33,339 bases of DNA, filler included, from an uncultured virus (IMG/VR IMGVR_UViG_2049941000_000888) (13 parts of one record of this genome joined end to end with filler, not necessarily neighbours in it); one strand, 5' to 3'; numbered from the whole stretch's first letter, positions 1 through 10,284 are shown. Notes: generated from the letters alone by a model not told the origin. Made by a program: numbers and translations.

Positions 1-351
1 GTGTTCGACATTGAGTTTTACGCTTTACCAGATGGGCGAAGACCCGTAGAAGAGTTTCTCGATAGTCTTCCTACAAAGATGCGAATCAAAGCCATCGACA
101 GTCTTGATTTACTGGAGAGATATGGGAATCAACTACGTATGCCATATTCAAAGGCATTGAATGACGGTCTTTTTGAACTGCGAATTAAGTTATCCAGTGA
201 TATCTCCAGAATTTTTTACTTCTTCTATGTTGGTAACAAGATTGTTGTAACGAACGGTTTTGTCAAGAAAACCCAAAAGACACCACAAGCACAACTTGTA
301 AAAGCTCAAAAGTACAAGAAAGATTATGAAAGGAGACATAACCATGAGTGA
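1..351 (+). CDS. RelE/HigB-family type II toxin (Gp49-like)
   Basis: 116 aa; motifs GLFELRIK..DISRIFYFF...IVVTNGFVKKTQKTP; overlaps the downstream HTH gene. Confidence 0.88.
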   Translation: MFDIEFYALPDGRRPVEEFLDSLPTKMRIKAIDSLDLLERYGNQLRMPYSKALNDGLFELRIKLSSDISRIFYFFYVGNKIVVTNGFVKKTQKTPQAQLVKAQKYKKDYERRHNHE

Positions 352-616
352 TCTTCAGAAGTATAAGAAAAAGCAGCTGCAGGATCCGGCATTTAAAGAT
401 GAATATGAACGCACCCGTCCTGAGTTTGAGATCATGCGTGCACTTGTTGATGCTCGGATCAGTCAGAATCTGACACAAAAAGAACTGGCGGAAAAATCTG
501 GTGTGCGCCAATCAAATATCAGTCGAATTGAAAATGGAACATGCAGTCCAACGATTGCCACTCTGGAAGCATTAGCAACCGGTATGGGGAAGAAGCTTAT
601 TGTGTCTTTTGAATAA
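344..616 (+). CDS. XRE/HTH antitoxin (HigA-like)
   Basis: ATG 344 after AAGGAG; LTQKELAEKSGVRQSNISRIENG HTH; toxin-first order. Confidence 0.88.
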   Translation: MSDLQKYKKKQLQDPAFKDEYERTRPEFEIMRALVDARISQNLTQKELAEKSGVRQSNISRIENGTCSPTIATLEALATGMGKKLIVSFE

Positions 617-1006
617 AACATAATGAGGTAATCCATATATGGCTGAAGACAATCACCTGAAAACTGCGTACCCTTGTCAGCGACTTGTTCACATCAACCA
701 ATGACCGTCAGCCCGTATAACTTTCTGCATAATGTACTGTTGGGGCTCATAGCAGCGGCAGGGAACCAGACAACAGAACCGTCCGTTATGCAGTGCTCAC
801 TTGTCAGGCGGAAAATGAATGGTACGGTAATCTCCTTCATTTTCTCATAATTCGGCCAGCTTGATCCTGATCAGGGTTTTAGTCGTATAGATTGCGTCGT
901 CGATCCNNNNNNNNNNNNNNNNNNNNNNNNNNNNNNNNNNNNNNNNNNNNTTAATTAATTAANNNNNNNNNNNNNNNNNNNNNNNNNNNNNNNNNNNNNN
1001 NNNNNN

Positions 1007-1078
1007 CTTCGTATTTTCATCATCAACAAAATCAAGCATCAGCGCAAGATTGTGTTCTGCCAATAGTTCACACTTCAT
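1007..1078 (-). CDS. N-terminal fragment, probable GNAT acetyltransferase
   Basis: MKCELLAEHNLALMLDFVDDENTK after GAGG; resembles small Firmicutes GNATs (from memory); truncated by gap. Confidence 0.45.
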
Positions 1079-1085
1079 ATCATCT

Positions 1086-1125
1086 GACCTCAAACTCCGA
1101 TTTGACGATGGTGCATTATCTCAAA
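1086..1125. repeat. 40-bp repeat, copy 1
   Basis: GACCTCAAACTCCGATTTGACGATGGTGCATTATCTCAAA, identical to 1284-1323; internal inverted repeat TCAAA-N6-TTTGA. Confidence 0.9.
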
Positions 1126-1174
1126 AGTTAACCCTACTAAGCATCCGTTTGAATGCGCTATAAAGCGTGCTCTC

Positions 1175-1204
1175 ATTATATCCTCCTAAGCCTATAATTC
1201 GCAA
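1175..1204 (-). promoter_or_regulatory. Putative sigma-A promoter reading away from the tape measure gene
   Basis: Minus strand TTGCGA (1204-1199), N18, TATAAT (1180-1175). Confidence 0.5.
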
Positions 1205-1224
1205 GAAAAAGAAGGTGAAATCTC

Positions 1225-1272
1225 ATGGCTGAAACCCTGCGCGAACTGGTGGTCGCGCTGTCGCTGGACTCC
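1225..1272 (+). CDS. Phage tape measure protein, N-terminus (fragment)
   Basis: GAAGGTG RBS then MAETLRELVVALSLDS, a typical TMP start. Confidence 0.7.
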
Positions 1273-1283
1273 NNNNNNNNNNC

Positions 1284-1323
1284 GACCTCAAACTCCGATT
1301 TGACGATGGTGCATTATCTCAAA
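1284..1323. repeat. 40-bp repeat, copy 2
   Basis: Identical to 1086-1125; 13 bp downstream of the stop of the minus-strand ORF ending at 1337. Confidence 0.9.
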
Positions 1324-1336
1324 TATATCTTCCGAG

Positions 1337-1709
1337 TTAGCTGTTTACCGCTTTTTTATACAGCAGCGTAAAATGATTCTGTCCGTCCTTGCTGGGTGCA
1401 GTATTGCACGTCACACCCCCTTTGAGTTCATCCATCTCAGAAGCCATCATGACCAGCATCATTGTGGGAAGACCGGTATATCTGGCCGCACTTTCTTCCG
1501 TCAGTCCGAATACGCAGTAACGCTCTCCCTCTTCATTCAGAACGGGCATATCCCTGATCCATTCAGAGATATGGGACCATCCGTGACGCTCGAAAACGAT
1601 GGCGGCGTCTTCCGGGACCCGGTTGGGTTCTTCTTTCCCGTCAGGGTTGACAAGGATTCTGTCAGCGGAATCCAGGCTGCCGTCATGAATAGCCCGGATC
1701 ACGTTCTCA
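1337..1709 (-). CDS. Hypothetical protein, C-terminal part
   Basis: Open frame from gap to TAA at 1337; no recognisable motif. Confidence 0.55.
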
Positions 1710-1809
1710 NNNNNNNNNNNNNNNNNNNNNNNNNNNNNNNNNNNNNNNNNNNNTTAATTAATTAANNNNNNNNNNNNNNNNNNNNNNNNNNNNNNNNNNN
1801 NNNNNNNNN

Positions 1810-2299
1810 GTCGGAAGCCTATGAAGATCCGACCGGCGCTCTGCACGATCCTGGTGTGAAGTTCTGGAAGGACGGACAGGAGATCCCGGTATCCGCAGTT
1901 ACAGAAGATATGCTGAAACCGGAGGATGTCGCTGTTCTGGACAAGGACGGTACCATGCATGTCCTAATCACCGCCGAAGTGACCGGTGCCCCTGAGGCTA
2001 TTGCCGAAATGCGGGAACAGGTCGCGGAAGTGGACCAGCTGGGCATGACGGCCTTTGGCACTGCCATGACCGGCATCATGCCTGCGTCGCTTCTGGATTT
2101 NNNNNNNNNNCGTCGCTGTTCTGGACAAAGACGGCACAATGCATGTCCTGATTACCGCTGAAGTGACCGGTGCCCCTGAGGCTATTGCCGAGATGCGGGA
2201 ACAGGTAGCAGAAGTGGATCAGCTGGGCATGACGGCCTTTGGCACTGCTATGACCGGCATCATGCCTGCGTCGCTTCTGGACTTTATCAAATCCGCAGA
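1810..2299 (+). CDS. Probable tape measure internal fragments (two overlapping variants, 1810-2100 and 2111-2299)
   Basis: MHVLITAEVTGAPEAIAEMREQVAEVDQLG repeated across a 10-N gap; composition like the other tail genes. Confidence 0.5.
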
Positions 2300-2344
2300 N
2301 NNNNNNNNNTGCTGTTTGCGGATGGCTCTGGTTCCCGGTCCGGA

Positions 2345-2494
2345 TTACCAGATATCGACGGAACCGGTCTCTTCGCCGCGGATCCACCAGAGCTTGTTCT
2401 GGTCCACGCGGACGAACACGGATTCGGCGCCTTCCGGCAGCTTCGCCGCGATTTCCTCGGGGGTGATGTTGCCGCCCAGGGGGGACTGGACGAA
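2345..2494 (-). CDS. Small host protein C-terminus (possibly DUF6465-like)
   Basis: FVQSPLGGNITPEEIAAKLPEGAESVFVRVDQNKLWWIRGEETGSVDIW*; strongly GC3-biased codons. Confidence 0.5.
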   Translation of the reverse strand, partial: FVQSPLGGNITPEEIAAKLPEGAESVFVRVDQNKLWWIRGEETGSVDIW

Positions 2495-2596
2495 NNNNNN
2501 NNNNNNNNNNNNNNNNNNNNNNNNNNNNNNNNNNNNNNTTAATTAATTAANNNNNNNNNNNNNNNNNNNNNNNNNNNNNNNNNNNNNNNNNNNNGG

Positions 2597-2923
2597 ATGG
2601 AGCTCTATTATTTCTGGCATATTGCAGGGGAACGTCTGGACAGCAAAATGATAGATGGCGACGATGGAAAACTGACTTATGCCAGTGTTGAGGATGAAAG
2701 CCGAGCTAATTGGATTCAAAGTCAAGAGAGTTATTATTACATGAGAGTTCCGGAATTTGCGCCTATATCAACATCACGTTTCACAACGATACAAAACGAA
2801 GCGGATGAAAACAGAATTCGGTGGATGTTGGAGGGAGTACCCGGGATTGAGGAGAAAGACATCCTCCGATTGTTTGAACTGATGAATCAGGTTCAGGATG
2901 AGATGAATAATTCACAAATTTAA
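2597..2923 (+). CDS. Hypothetical cargo protein upstream of tal copy A (probably 5'-truncated)
   Basis: 108-codon AT-richer ORF followed by a hairpin and the tal RBS. Confidence 0.6.
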   Translation: MELYYFWHIAGERLDSKMIDGDDGKLTYASVEDESRANWIQSQESYYYMRVPEFAPISTSRFTTIQNEADENRIRWMLEGVPGIEEKDILRLFELMNQVQDEMNNSQI

Positions 2924-2941
2924 CTGCACATCTCGAAATCA

Positions 2942-2973
2942 AGCCTCGTTCAGAAGAGCGGGGCTATTTCTAT
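2942..2973 (+). terminator. Hairpin terminator before tal copy A
   Basis: AGCCTCGTTC-AGAA-GAGCGGGGCT with G-U pairs, then ATTTCTAT. Confidence 0.6.
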
Positions 2974-2994
2974 ACCCTTTTGGAGGTGACTTCC

Positions 2995-4014
2995 ATGATC
3001 TGCGTTTATCCTGCTGACTGCACGGACTTTTCCACGAACGGAAACGGCACCATTGAGCCGACTTCCGCGCTGGTAACGGAAACCTTGAACGGAGAATACG
3101 AACTGCAGTTGGTTCATCCGATCGATGATGCGGGGAAATGGCAGCGGCTGGTGGAAGGCTGCATCCTCCGTGCTCCTGTTCCGGCGGCGACAACGCCCCG
3201 GGTGCACTTTTCCGCCCCGGGTGATGACAGCGGGACAGAGATCTATCGTATCCATACGGACTTTCCCGGAGCGGAAACCCGGAAAGGCACCCTGAACCTG
3301 CGCTCTGGCCCCGGCAGGAGCTATAAGATCCTCGCAGCCTACAAGAACACTCTGACCGTGCAGGTGATCGCCAAGACTAGCTCTACCTGGTATGAGGTGA
3401 CAGCTCCAGATGGAAAACACGGGTATATGGATACTACGTACCTTGTGTATGATCACACCGAGGGCAGTGCTTCTGAGGCTGTTTCCTCTGTGGTAGAGGA
3501 ACGGCAGCTTCGGGATCAGCCCTTNNNNNNNNNNCGGATACATGGATACGACCTATCTGGTGTTCGATCATCAGGAAGGTTCAGCTTCCGAGGCTGTTTC
3601 CTCTGTGGTAGAGGAACGGCAGCTTCGGGATCAGCCCTTCCGGATCTACCGGATCGTCCCAGAACTGGATAAGATCACGGTATATGCCCGGCATGTGTTT
3701 TACGACTTGCTGGACAATATGATCAAAAGCTACAAGCCTTCATCCTCTGCGGTGGGGGCTTCTGTTGTACAGACGGTTTCTTCTTCCTGCCTTTCGGATC
3801 ATGATTTTACCTTCTACTCTGACTTGGACAGCACCGCCGAGGATGTAGTATTCGAGAATGTGAACCCCGTGGATGCCATCCTCGGTGAAGACGGTGTCGT
3901 CGAAAAGTATACCGGCGAACTCACCCGCGACTGGTGGGATGTTTTTGTCGTTAAACGCGTCGGGCGGGATACCAACGTCCAGATCCGGCAGGCAAAGAAC
4001 CTGCTGGGAATCTC
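2995..4014 (+). CDS. Phage tail spike/Tal N-terminal region with SH3b insert, copy A (islands 2995-3524 and 3535-4014)
   Basis: MICVYPADCTDFSTNGNG..ETLNGEYELQLVHP; QPFRIYRI..ITVYARHVFYDL; GELTRDWWD..KNLLGI; GGAGGTG RBS. Confidence 0.85.
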
Positions 4015-4114
4015 NNNNNNNNNNNNNNNNNNNNNNNNNNNNNNNNNNNNNNNNNNNNTTAATTAATTAANNNNNNNNNNNNNNNNNNNNNNNNNNNNNN
4101 NNNNNNNNNNNNNN

Positions 4115-5164
4115 TGGAGTGACAATAACCGCAACGGCTGCGGGGTACCAGGGCAGCACGATCTCNNNNNNNNNNCTACCTGAGCAATGTCTACCACGTG
4201 GTAGACTGGCGGTTTGGTACAAAGGTGAAGAGTACGACTACTGCTGTCGGCGCTTCTTCCACTTCCTATACGATCCCGTTGAGTTGGCTGACTGTTATTC
4301 CCAATGCGACGTCCGGCACGGCAACTGTATCGGTTACGACTTATGCGTCCGGCGGCTTGGAGCTGGGAACAGACACGTACAGTTTCACCATNNNNNNNNN
4401 NCAGATCCCGAATGCTACCAGCGGCGTGTGCACGATCACCTGTAACAGCTTTGTCAATGGAACGCTCACGGGAACACGGACGTGCACAATCACGCTGACA
4501 GTCCCGTCCAGCGTTGTACCGACAATCTCTGCCGTTACAGTGGATGACACGAACAGCACAGTCAAAACCCGGATCGCCGCATACGTGAAGAGCCTGAGCA
4601 AGCTGTCTGTGGCCATCACGGCGGCAGGCGCGTACAGCAGCACCATTTCTTCCTACCGGACAACGCTGGATGGTGTGACCTATACAGCGGCATCTTTCAC
4701 TGCGACAAAAGCACTCTCCGCAGCTGGTTCCCTGACGCTTACGGTCACGGTTACGGATAGCCGGGGCCGGACAGCGACATACAGCACCACCATCACGGTG
4801 CTGGATTACGCCTATCCGTCAATCAGNNNNNNNNNNNNNNNNNNNNNNNNNNNNNNNNNNNNNNNNNNNNTTAATTAATTAANNNNNNNNNNNNNNNNNN
4901 NNNNNNNNNNNNNNNNNNNNNNNNNNCTATGCCAGCAATAATGCCCAGTTCACAATCACGGCGACAGTTGTCCAGCAGTATGCGAAATCCTCTGCACGGG
5001 TTACCTCGAGCGTGGAGGCGGGTGGCACATCTACCGTCACCTTCATTAACCCTTATTTGAGCAACGTCTACCATGTGGTGGACTGGCGGTTTGGCACAAA
5101 GGTGAAGAGCACGACTACTGCTGTCGGCGCTTCTTCCACTTCCTATACGATCCCGTTAAGCTGG
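4115..5164 (+). CDS. DUF859-like siphovirus minor tail protein fragments (4115-4165, 4176-4391, 4402-4826, 4927-5164)
   Basis: IPNATSG..TITLTVPSSVVPTIS..AYSSTISSY..TVTVTDSRGR..TITVLDY motifs. Confidence 0.7.
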
Positions 5165-5174
5165 NNNNNNNNNN

Positions 5175-5513
5175 CGATGACGTCTACGACGATATGATCC
5201 TGACCGCTACCTGCTTTATCGCTGATCCGGAGCGGATCCCTGTGATTGCCGCATGGCTGAAGGGAAAAGGCACCGTGACCTTTGCCAACCGGACTGGCGG
5301 GCACTACAATGCCCGGATCGCCAACCAGATCCCCTTTGAGAAAGTTCTCCGGGGCAATCCGCATTGTTCCTTTGCTGTGAACTTCCGGTGCTTTCCATTT
5401 TGGTACAAGGACAATGTATCGGATGTGACGATCACCACGTCCGGCGGCACAATCACCAATCCAGGCAGCGTTTATTCTGAGCCGATCATCACTGTGACGG
5501 GCTCCGGGGATAT
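5175..5513 (+). CDS. Distal tail protein (Dit), internal fragment
   Basis: IAAWLKGKGTVTFAN..YNARIANQIPFE..FAVNFRCFPFWY..ITNPGSVYSEP. Confidence 0.8.
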
Positions 5514-5523
5514 NNNNNNNNNN

Positions 5524-6224
5524 AAAGGCAAACTACCAGAACAGTATTGCCTCTGGGGTGACCGGTTCCGGCTATGTCGGTGATGCGTTGGGAACCTTCA
5601 CGGGGCATTTCTACGGAAACACTTCTGCTTATGAACTGACCGGATCGCTGTACAACGCCGTCGCGGCTTATCTTGCTGCTGGGAATAACACATTCACGAT
5701 TTACAANNNNNNNNNNCCTGTCCTGGTCGGATGTCGTCATCACGGTAACGTATGAGGAAGCAGCCTCCCAGCCAAGCACTTCGGCATCTACAGTGGCGAT
5801 GGGCAGTGCGGTGACGATCTATACCAACCGCCCAAGCTCTGCCGTGACGCACACCATCTCATACTGGTTCGGAAATACCAGTGGCGCGATTGCCACAAAT
5901 GTTGGAGCATCCGTCTCCTGGACTCCACCTCTCTCGCTGGCAAGTCAGATCCCGAATGCTACCAGCGGTGTGTGCACGATTACTTGTAACAGCTTTGTCA
6001 ACGGAACGCTAACGGGTACCCGAACGTGTACGCTCACCCTGACAGTCCCGTCCAGCGTTGTGCCGACTATCTCCGCCGTTGCTGTGGATGATACGAACAG
6101 CACGGTTAAAACCCGNNNNNNNNNNCGCCATGGGTAGTGCGGTGACAATCTACACCAACCGTCCGAGTACCGCTGTGACGCACACCATCTCATACTGGTT
6201 CGGAAATACCAGTGGCGCGATTGC
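5524..6224 (+). CDS. DUF859-like tail protein fragments (5524-5706, 5717-6115, 6126-6224)
   Basis: SWTPPLSLASQIPNATSGVCTITC; near-identical to 7259-8063. Confidence 0.7.
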
Positions 6225-6234
6225 NNNNNNNNNN

Positions 6235-6684
6235 CCTTGGCCTTTCGCCGGATGTATTTGGTGATGCTTTCGCCGTTTCCGATGTTTCAAAACAGTTTGC
6301 AAACGGAAACCCAAGTTATGTTGCCGGAATAAACGGATGTGAGCTTGCAAGAAAAGTACTGTCTGAAACAAATATATCTTTTCATGATACGGAAGATATT
6401 ATGTATTTGGACAAATCACCGGAGTACTGGGCCGGATGGGCTTTGGCATATTACCAGTGGTACAGTGACCGCTCTTTCATGGAGATCCTGACTGCTGTTC
6501 CTCTGGAGGTAATTATTGATCTGTATAATCCTTACCACGAAATGGACATCAGACAATTTGTTGATCTGATGGATCAGAAATTGAAAATGGCATTTCCACA
6601 GACCAGACTGAAAAAACGGCGTGAAATCTGTGGGCTGTCTCAGTCAGAATTAGCAAACGAAGCTGGTGTCCCGCTTCGACAGAT
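6235..6684 (+). CDS. Transcriptional regulator with C-terminal XRE HTH (fragment)
   Basis: FANGNPSYVAGINGCEL..SPEYWAGWALAYYQW..YHEMD then RLKKRREICGLSQSELANEAGV. Confidence 0.75.
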
Positions 6685-6983
6685 NNNNNNNNNNNNNNNN
6701 NNNNNNNNNNNNNNNNNNNNNNNNNNNNTTAATTAATTAANNNNNNNNNNNNNNNNNNNNNNNNNNNNNNNNNNNNNNNNNNNNATCCGACTATATAACA
6801 GTACAAGGAATAAACCTGACATTTAGCAATCCAGATATGTATGAATTGGGAGAGATTGTTACGTCCATAGATGCATCTGATCCTGATGTTAACGAAATGC
6901 CGGACCGGCAATAACGCCATACGAAAATTTGCTCTTCTTTTACTTTTCCACGCAAGTGGGAAAACCCGCAAAGCCGCGAAAAA

Positions 6984-6999
6984 CCACAAGATATTGTGT
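6984..6999. promoter_or_regulatory. Palindromic site resembling an NrdR box
   Basis: CCACAAGATATTGTGT versus consensus acaCwAtATaTwGtgt; no nrd gene visible. Confidence 0.3.
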
Positions 7000-7025
7000 C
7001 TTTGTAGCTATGATCATACTACATA

Positions 7026-7084
7026 GGGAGAGCACATCGTTCACATCGATGGGGTCGTTGGTTCGAGTCCAACTGTCACCACCA
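7026..7084 (+). tRNA. 5'-truncated tRNA-Val(CAC) fragment, probable att-site duplication
   Basis: GGGAGAGC-A-CATCG-TTCACAT-CGATG-GGGTC-GTTGG-TTCGAGT-CCAAC-TGTCACC-A-CCA; no upstream strand pairs with acceptor TGTCACC. Confidence 0.8.
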
Positions 7085-7089
7085 GAGCG

Positions 7090-7121
7090 GAAGCCGTTGA
7101 AAATCAACGGCTTCTTCTTTT
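7090..7121 (+). terminator. Rho-independent terminator after the tRNA fragment
   Basis: GAAGCCGTTGA-AAA-TCAACGGCTTC then TTCTTTT. Confidence 0.8.
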
Positions 7122-7258
7122 ATGCCTTCACCCCGGGGTGCACTGCCCCGGGGTGGTTNNNNNNNNNNNNNNNNNNNNNNNNNNNNNNNNNNNNNNNNNN
7201 NNTTAATTAATTAANNNNNNNNNNNNNNNNNNNNNNNNNNNNNNNNNNNNNNNNNNNN

Positions 7259-8063
7259 TGGAAATAACACATTCACGATTTACAATCCCAACCCCAGTGC
7301 GTCGGCACAGGGCTATTCCTATAACTATCTGTCATGGTCGGATGTCGTNNNNNNNNNNGAAGGCAAACTACCAGAACAGTATTGCCTCCGGGGTAACCGG
7401 TTCCGGCTACGTCGGTGATGCGCTGGGAACTTTTACCGGACACTTCTATGGCAATACATCCGCTTATGAGCTGACCGGATCATTGTACAATGCCGTCGCG
7501 GCTTATCTTGCTGCCGGAAATAACACGTTCACGATTTACAATCCCAACCCCAGCGCGTCGGCACAGGGCTATTCCTANNNNNNNNNNCATCACAGTCACG
7601 TATGAGGAAGCGGCCTCTCAGCCGAGCACTTCTGCCGCAACAGTTGCCATGGGTAGCGCGGTAACAATCTATACCAACCGCCCGAGCTCTGCAGTGACAC
7701 ATACCATCTCGTACTGGTTCGGCAATACTAGCGGTGCGATCGCGACGAACGTCGGGGCATCCGTTTCCTGGACTCCGCCTCTGTCGCTGGCAAGCCAGAT
7801 CCCGAATGCCACCAGCGGTGTGTGTACGATCACCTGTAACAGCTTCGTCAACGGAACCCTGACGGGTACCCGAACATGTACGATTACACTGACAGTCCCG
7901 GCTAGTGTAGTGCCTTCCATATCCGCTGTGGCTGTGGATGATACGAATAGCACGGTTAAAACCAGGATCGGGGCCTATGTGAAGAGCCTGAGCAAGCTGT
8001 CTGTGGCCATCACGGCGGCAGGTGCGTACAGCAGCACCATTTCCTCTTACCGGACAACGCTGG
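7259..8063 (+). CDS. DUF859-like tail protein fragments, variant copy (7259-7348, 7359-7577, 7588-8063)
   Basis: Same protein as 5524-6115 with mostly synonymous changes. Confidence 0.7.
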
Positions 8064-8181
8064 NNNNNNNNNNGATATTCTGTTTTTCCTGTAGAGTCAT
8101 CAGATAGTCCCCCAATCGTTAGATCGTTTGACTATCTACGCCCAAAGAACGAGTGATTTTATAAACGGAAATCGAAAAAAC

Positions 8182-8307
8182 TTACGCTAAGTTTCTCACA
8201 GGAACGCTTATCATGGCCCTTTGCATGTTAAAGCACAATCCTGCCTGTCTGCCGATCGGAAGGATAATCGCATCAAGGGTATACCGGTACCCTTTCTTCC
8301 ATCCGGC
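8182..8307 (-). CDS. C-terminus of uncharacterised paralog-family protein (variant of 18053-18477)
   Basis: AGWKKGYRYTLDAIILPIGRQAGLCFNMQRA..* matches AGWKKGYRYTLEAIILPIGRQTGLFFNLERA. Confidence 0.75.
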   Translation of the reverse strand, partial: AGWKKGYRYTLDAIILPIGRQAGLCFNMQRAMISVPVRNLA

Positions 8308-8471
8308 NNNNNNNNNNCCCTTCCAATGGCTGACACGGGATACGGTAAGAGTAATCTTCCTCCCAGCCCATAGTTGCAAACAGCACCTTGCTCAGTGAAC
8401 TGGCACCCCGACTGTTTGAATCCCATGGGATCGCGTTCGGATTATCAACCTTGCATGGACGNNNNNNNNNN

Positions 8472-8918
8472 TCAGCGGCAGTCCATTGTGAAATGGGCCG
8501 CTTTTGCCGCAGCCATCGGTCCCGCCGTCCTGATCCTCGGGAAAGTGGTCGGCGCTGTCGGAAAGGTCTCCGGCGCTCTGGGTACCGCCTTTACCGCCAT
8601 CGGAAAGTTCTCCGCGAAAGTCAGCATGGCTGGCGGCGGACTGGGCGGATTGCTGAAAACACTGGTTTCCTCCAAACTGGCCATGGTGGCGCTTGCCGCA
8701 GCCGTTGTGTACGGTGCTATCAAACTGGTGGACTACGCTTCCGGCGCGAAAGCGGCGCGTGAAGCCCTCGAGGGCATGGCGAAAACAGCAAAGAGCTGGA
8801 AAGAAACCGAAGCGGACACTTTCTACAGCCGGAGCAAGGGGTTGTCCTTCTTTGGCATGACGAAGGATGACTTTGTCCGCACGACGGCCAGTGCTAAGGA
8901 ATGGCTTTCCGGCCTGAC
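8472..8918 (+). CDS. Tape measure protein fragment
   Basis: QRQSIVKWAAFAAAIGPAVLILGKVVGAVGKV.. Ala/Gly-rich hydrophobic TMP segment. Confidence 0.8.
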
Positions 8919-8928
8919 NNNNNNNNNN

Positions 8929-9138
8929 AGCGGCAGTCAGGTGATACTTCACCTCGATTGCTTCCCGGGTATCGATCAGTTCCTGCAGGCGGAGTTTATC
9001 TTTTTCCGTCAGTTTCCGGTTCTTCCGCTTTTTCAGGAGAGTGGTGATCTCCTTGTCCATGGCATCCAGCGTTTTGATGTCCGCCTGTAGCTGATCCGAA
9101 ACAGAAGTATACCCGGCGGCATCCGCTGTATCCTTCAT
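8929..9138 (-). CDS. Tape measure fragment, reverse-oriented variant of 9180-9394
   Basis: MKDTADAAGYTSVSDQLQADIKTLDAMDKEI on the minus strand. Confidence 0.6.
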
Positions 9139-9148
9139 NNNNNNNNNN

Positions 9149-10184
9149 GACTGCCACCACCCGGGAATCCCTGCAGGAAATGAAGGATACAGCGGATGCC
9201 GCCGGGTATACATCCGTTTCAGATCAGCTGCAGGCGGATATCAAAACGCTGGACGCCATGGATAAGGAGATCACTGCTCTCCTGAAAAAACGGAAGAACC
9301 GGAAACTGACAGAAAAGGATAAGCTCCGCCTGCAGGAGCTGATTGATACCCGGGAAGCGATCGAGGTCAAGTATAAACTGACCGCCGCCGACACNNNNNN
9401 NNNNNNNNNNNNNNNNNNNNNNNNNNNNNNNNNNNNNNNNNNNNNNNNNNNNNNNNNNNNNNNNNNNNNNNNNNNNNNNNNNNNNNNNNNNNNNNNNNNN
9501 NNNNNNNNNNNNNNNNNNNNNNNNNNNNNNNNNNNNNNNNNNNNNNNNNNNNNNNNNNNNNNNNNNNNNNNNNNNNNNNNNNNNNNNNNNNNNNNNNNNN
9601 NNNNNNNNNNNNNNNNNNNNNNNNNNNNNNNNNNNNNNNNNNNNNNNNNNNNNNNNNNNNNNNNNNNNNNNNNNNNNNNNNNNNNNNNNNNNNNNNNNNN
9701 NNNNNNNNNNNNNNNNNNNNNNNNNNNNNNNNNNNNNNNNNNNNNNNNNNNNNNNNNNNNNNNNNNNNNNNNNNNNNNNNNNNNNNNNNNNNNNNNNNNN
9801 NNNNNNNNNNNNNNNNNNNNNNNNNNNNNNNNNNGATGGCGGACATGGTGAATCCCGTCTGGAAGCAGGATAATGTTCAGGAAGCAAAAGGCCAGATCGG
9901 TGAACTGATGCAACTGCTGCGCCAGTACAGTACCGCGAAGACCGACTCTGAGAAGAAGGCCTTCCTGCCTGAACTGAACAAGCTGACTGCCAGCATGGAC
10001 GAGGGTGCACTGACGGAATATGTCAGCTTGCTTACCCAGATCCAGTCCCTGCTGGACAGCGGGATGACGGAAGACGAAGTCCAGGCTATGTTCCCGGATA
10101 TCGACTTCACGACTGCGCTGGACCAGCTGGCGGCAATCCAGCAGTTCCTGAAGGATAATAAATGGGATACAAACTTGACCAGCC
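9149..10184 (+). CDS. Tape measure fragments (9149-9394, 9835-10184) across a 440-N gap
   Basis: Helical/coiled-coil sequence consistent with a TMP continuation. Confidence 0.6.
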
Positions 10185-10284
10185 NNNNNNNNNNNNNNNN
10201 NNNNNNNNNNNNNNNNNNNNNNNNNNNNTTAATTAATTAANNNNNNNNNNNNNNNNNNNNNNNNNNNNNNNNNNNNNNNNNNNN

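Noticed and set aside
694..906. Short minus-strand ORFs downstream of the TA pair
   Set aside because: Too short or truncated to support a call.
5524..8063. Diversity-generating retroelement (TR/VR) among near-identical tail repeats
   Set aside because: Differences are mostly synonymous and not adenine-specific; no reverse transcriptase in the window.
8929..9394. Invertible segment or shufflon in the tape measure gene
   Set aside because: The inverted copy is bounded by N gaps; island orientation is arbitrary and no inverted recombination sites are visible.
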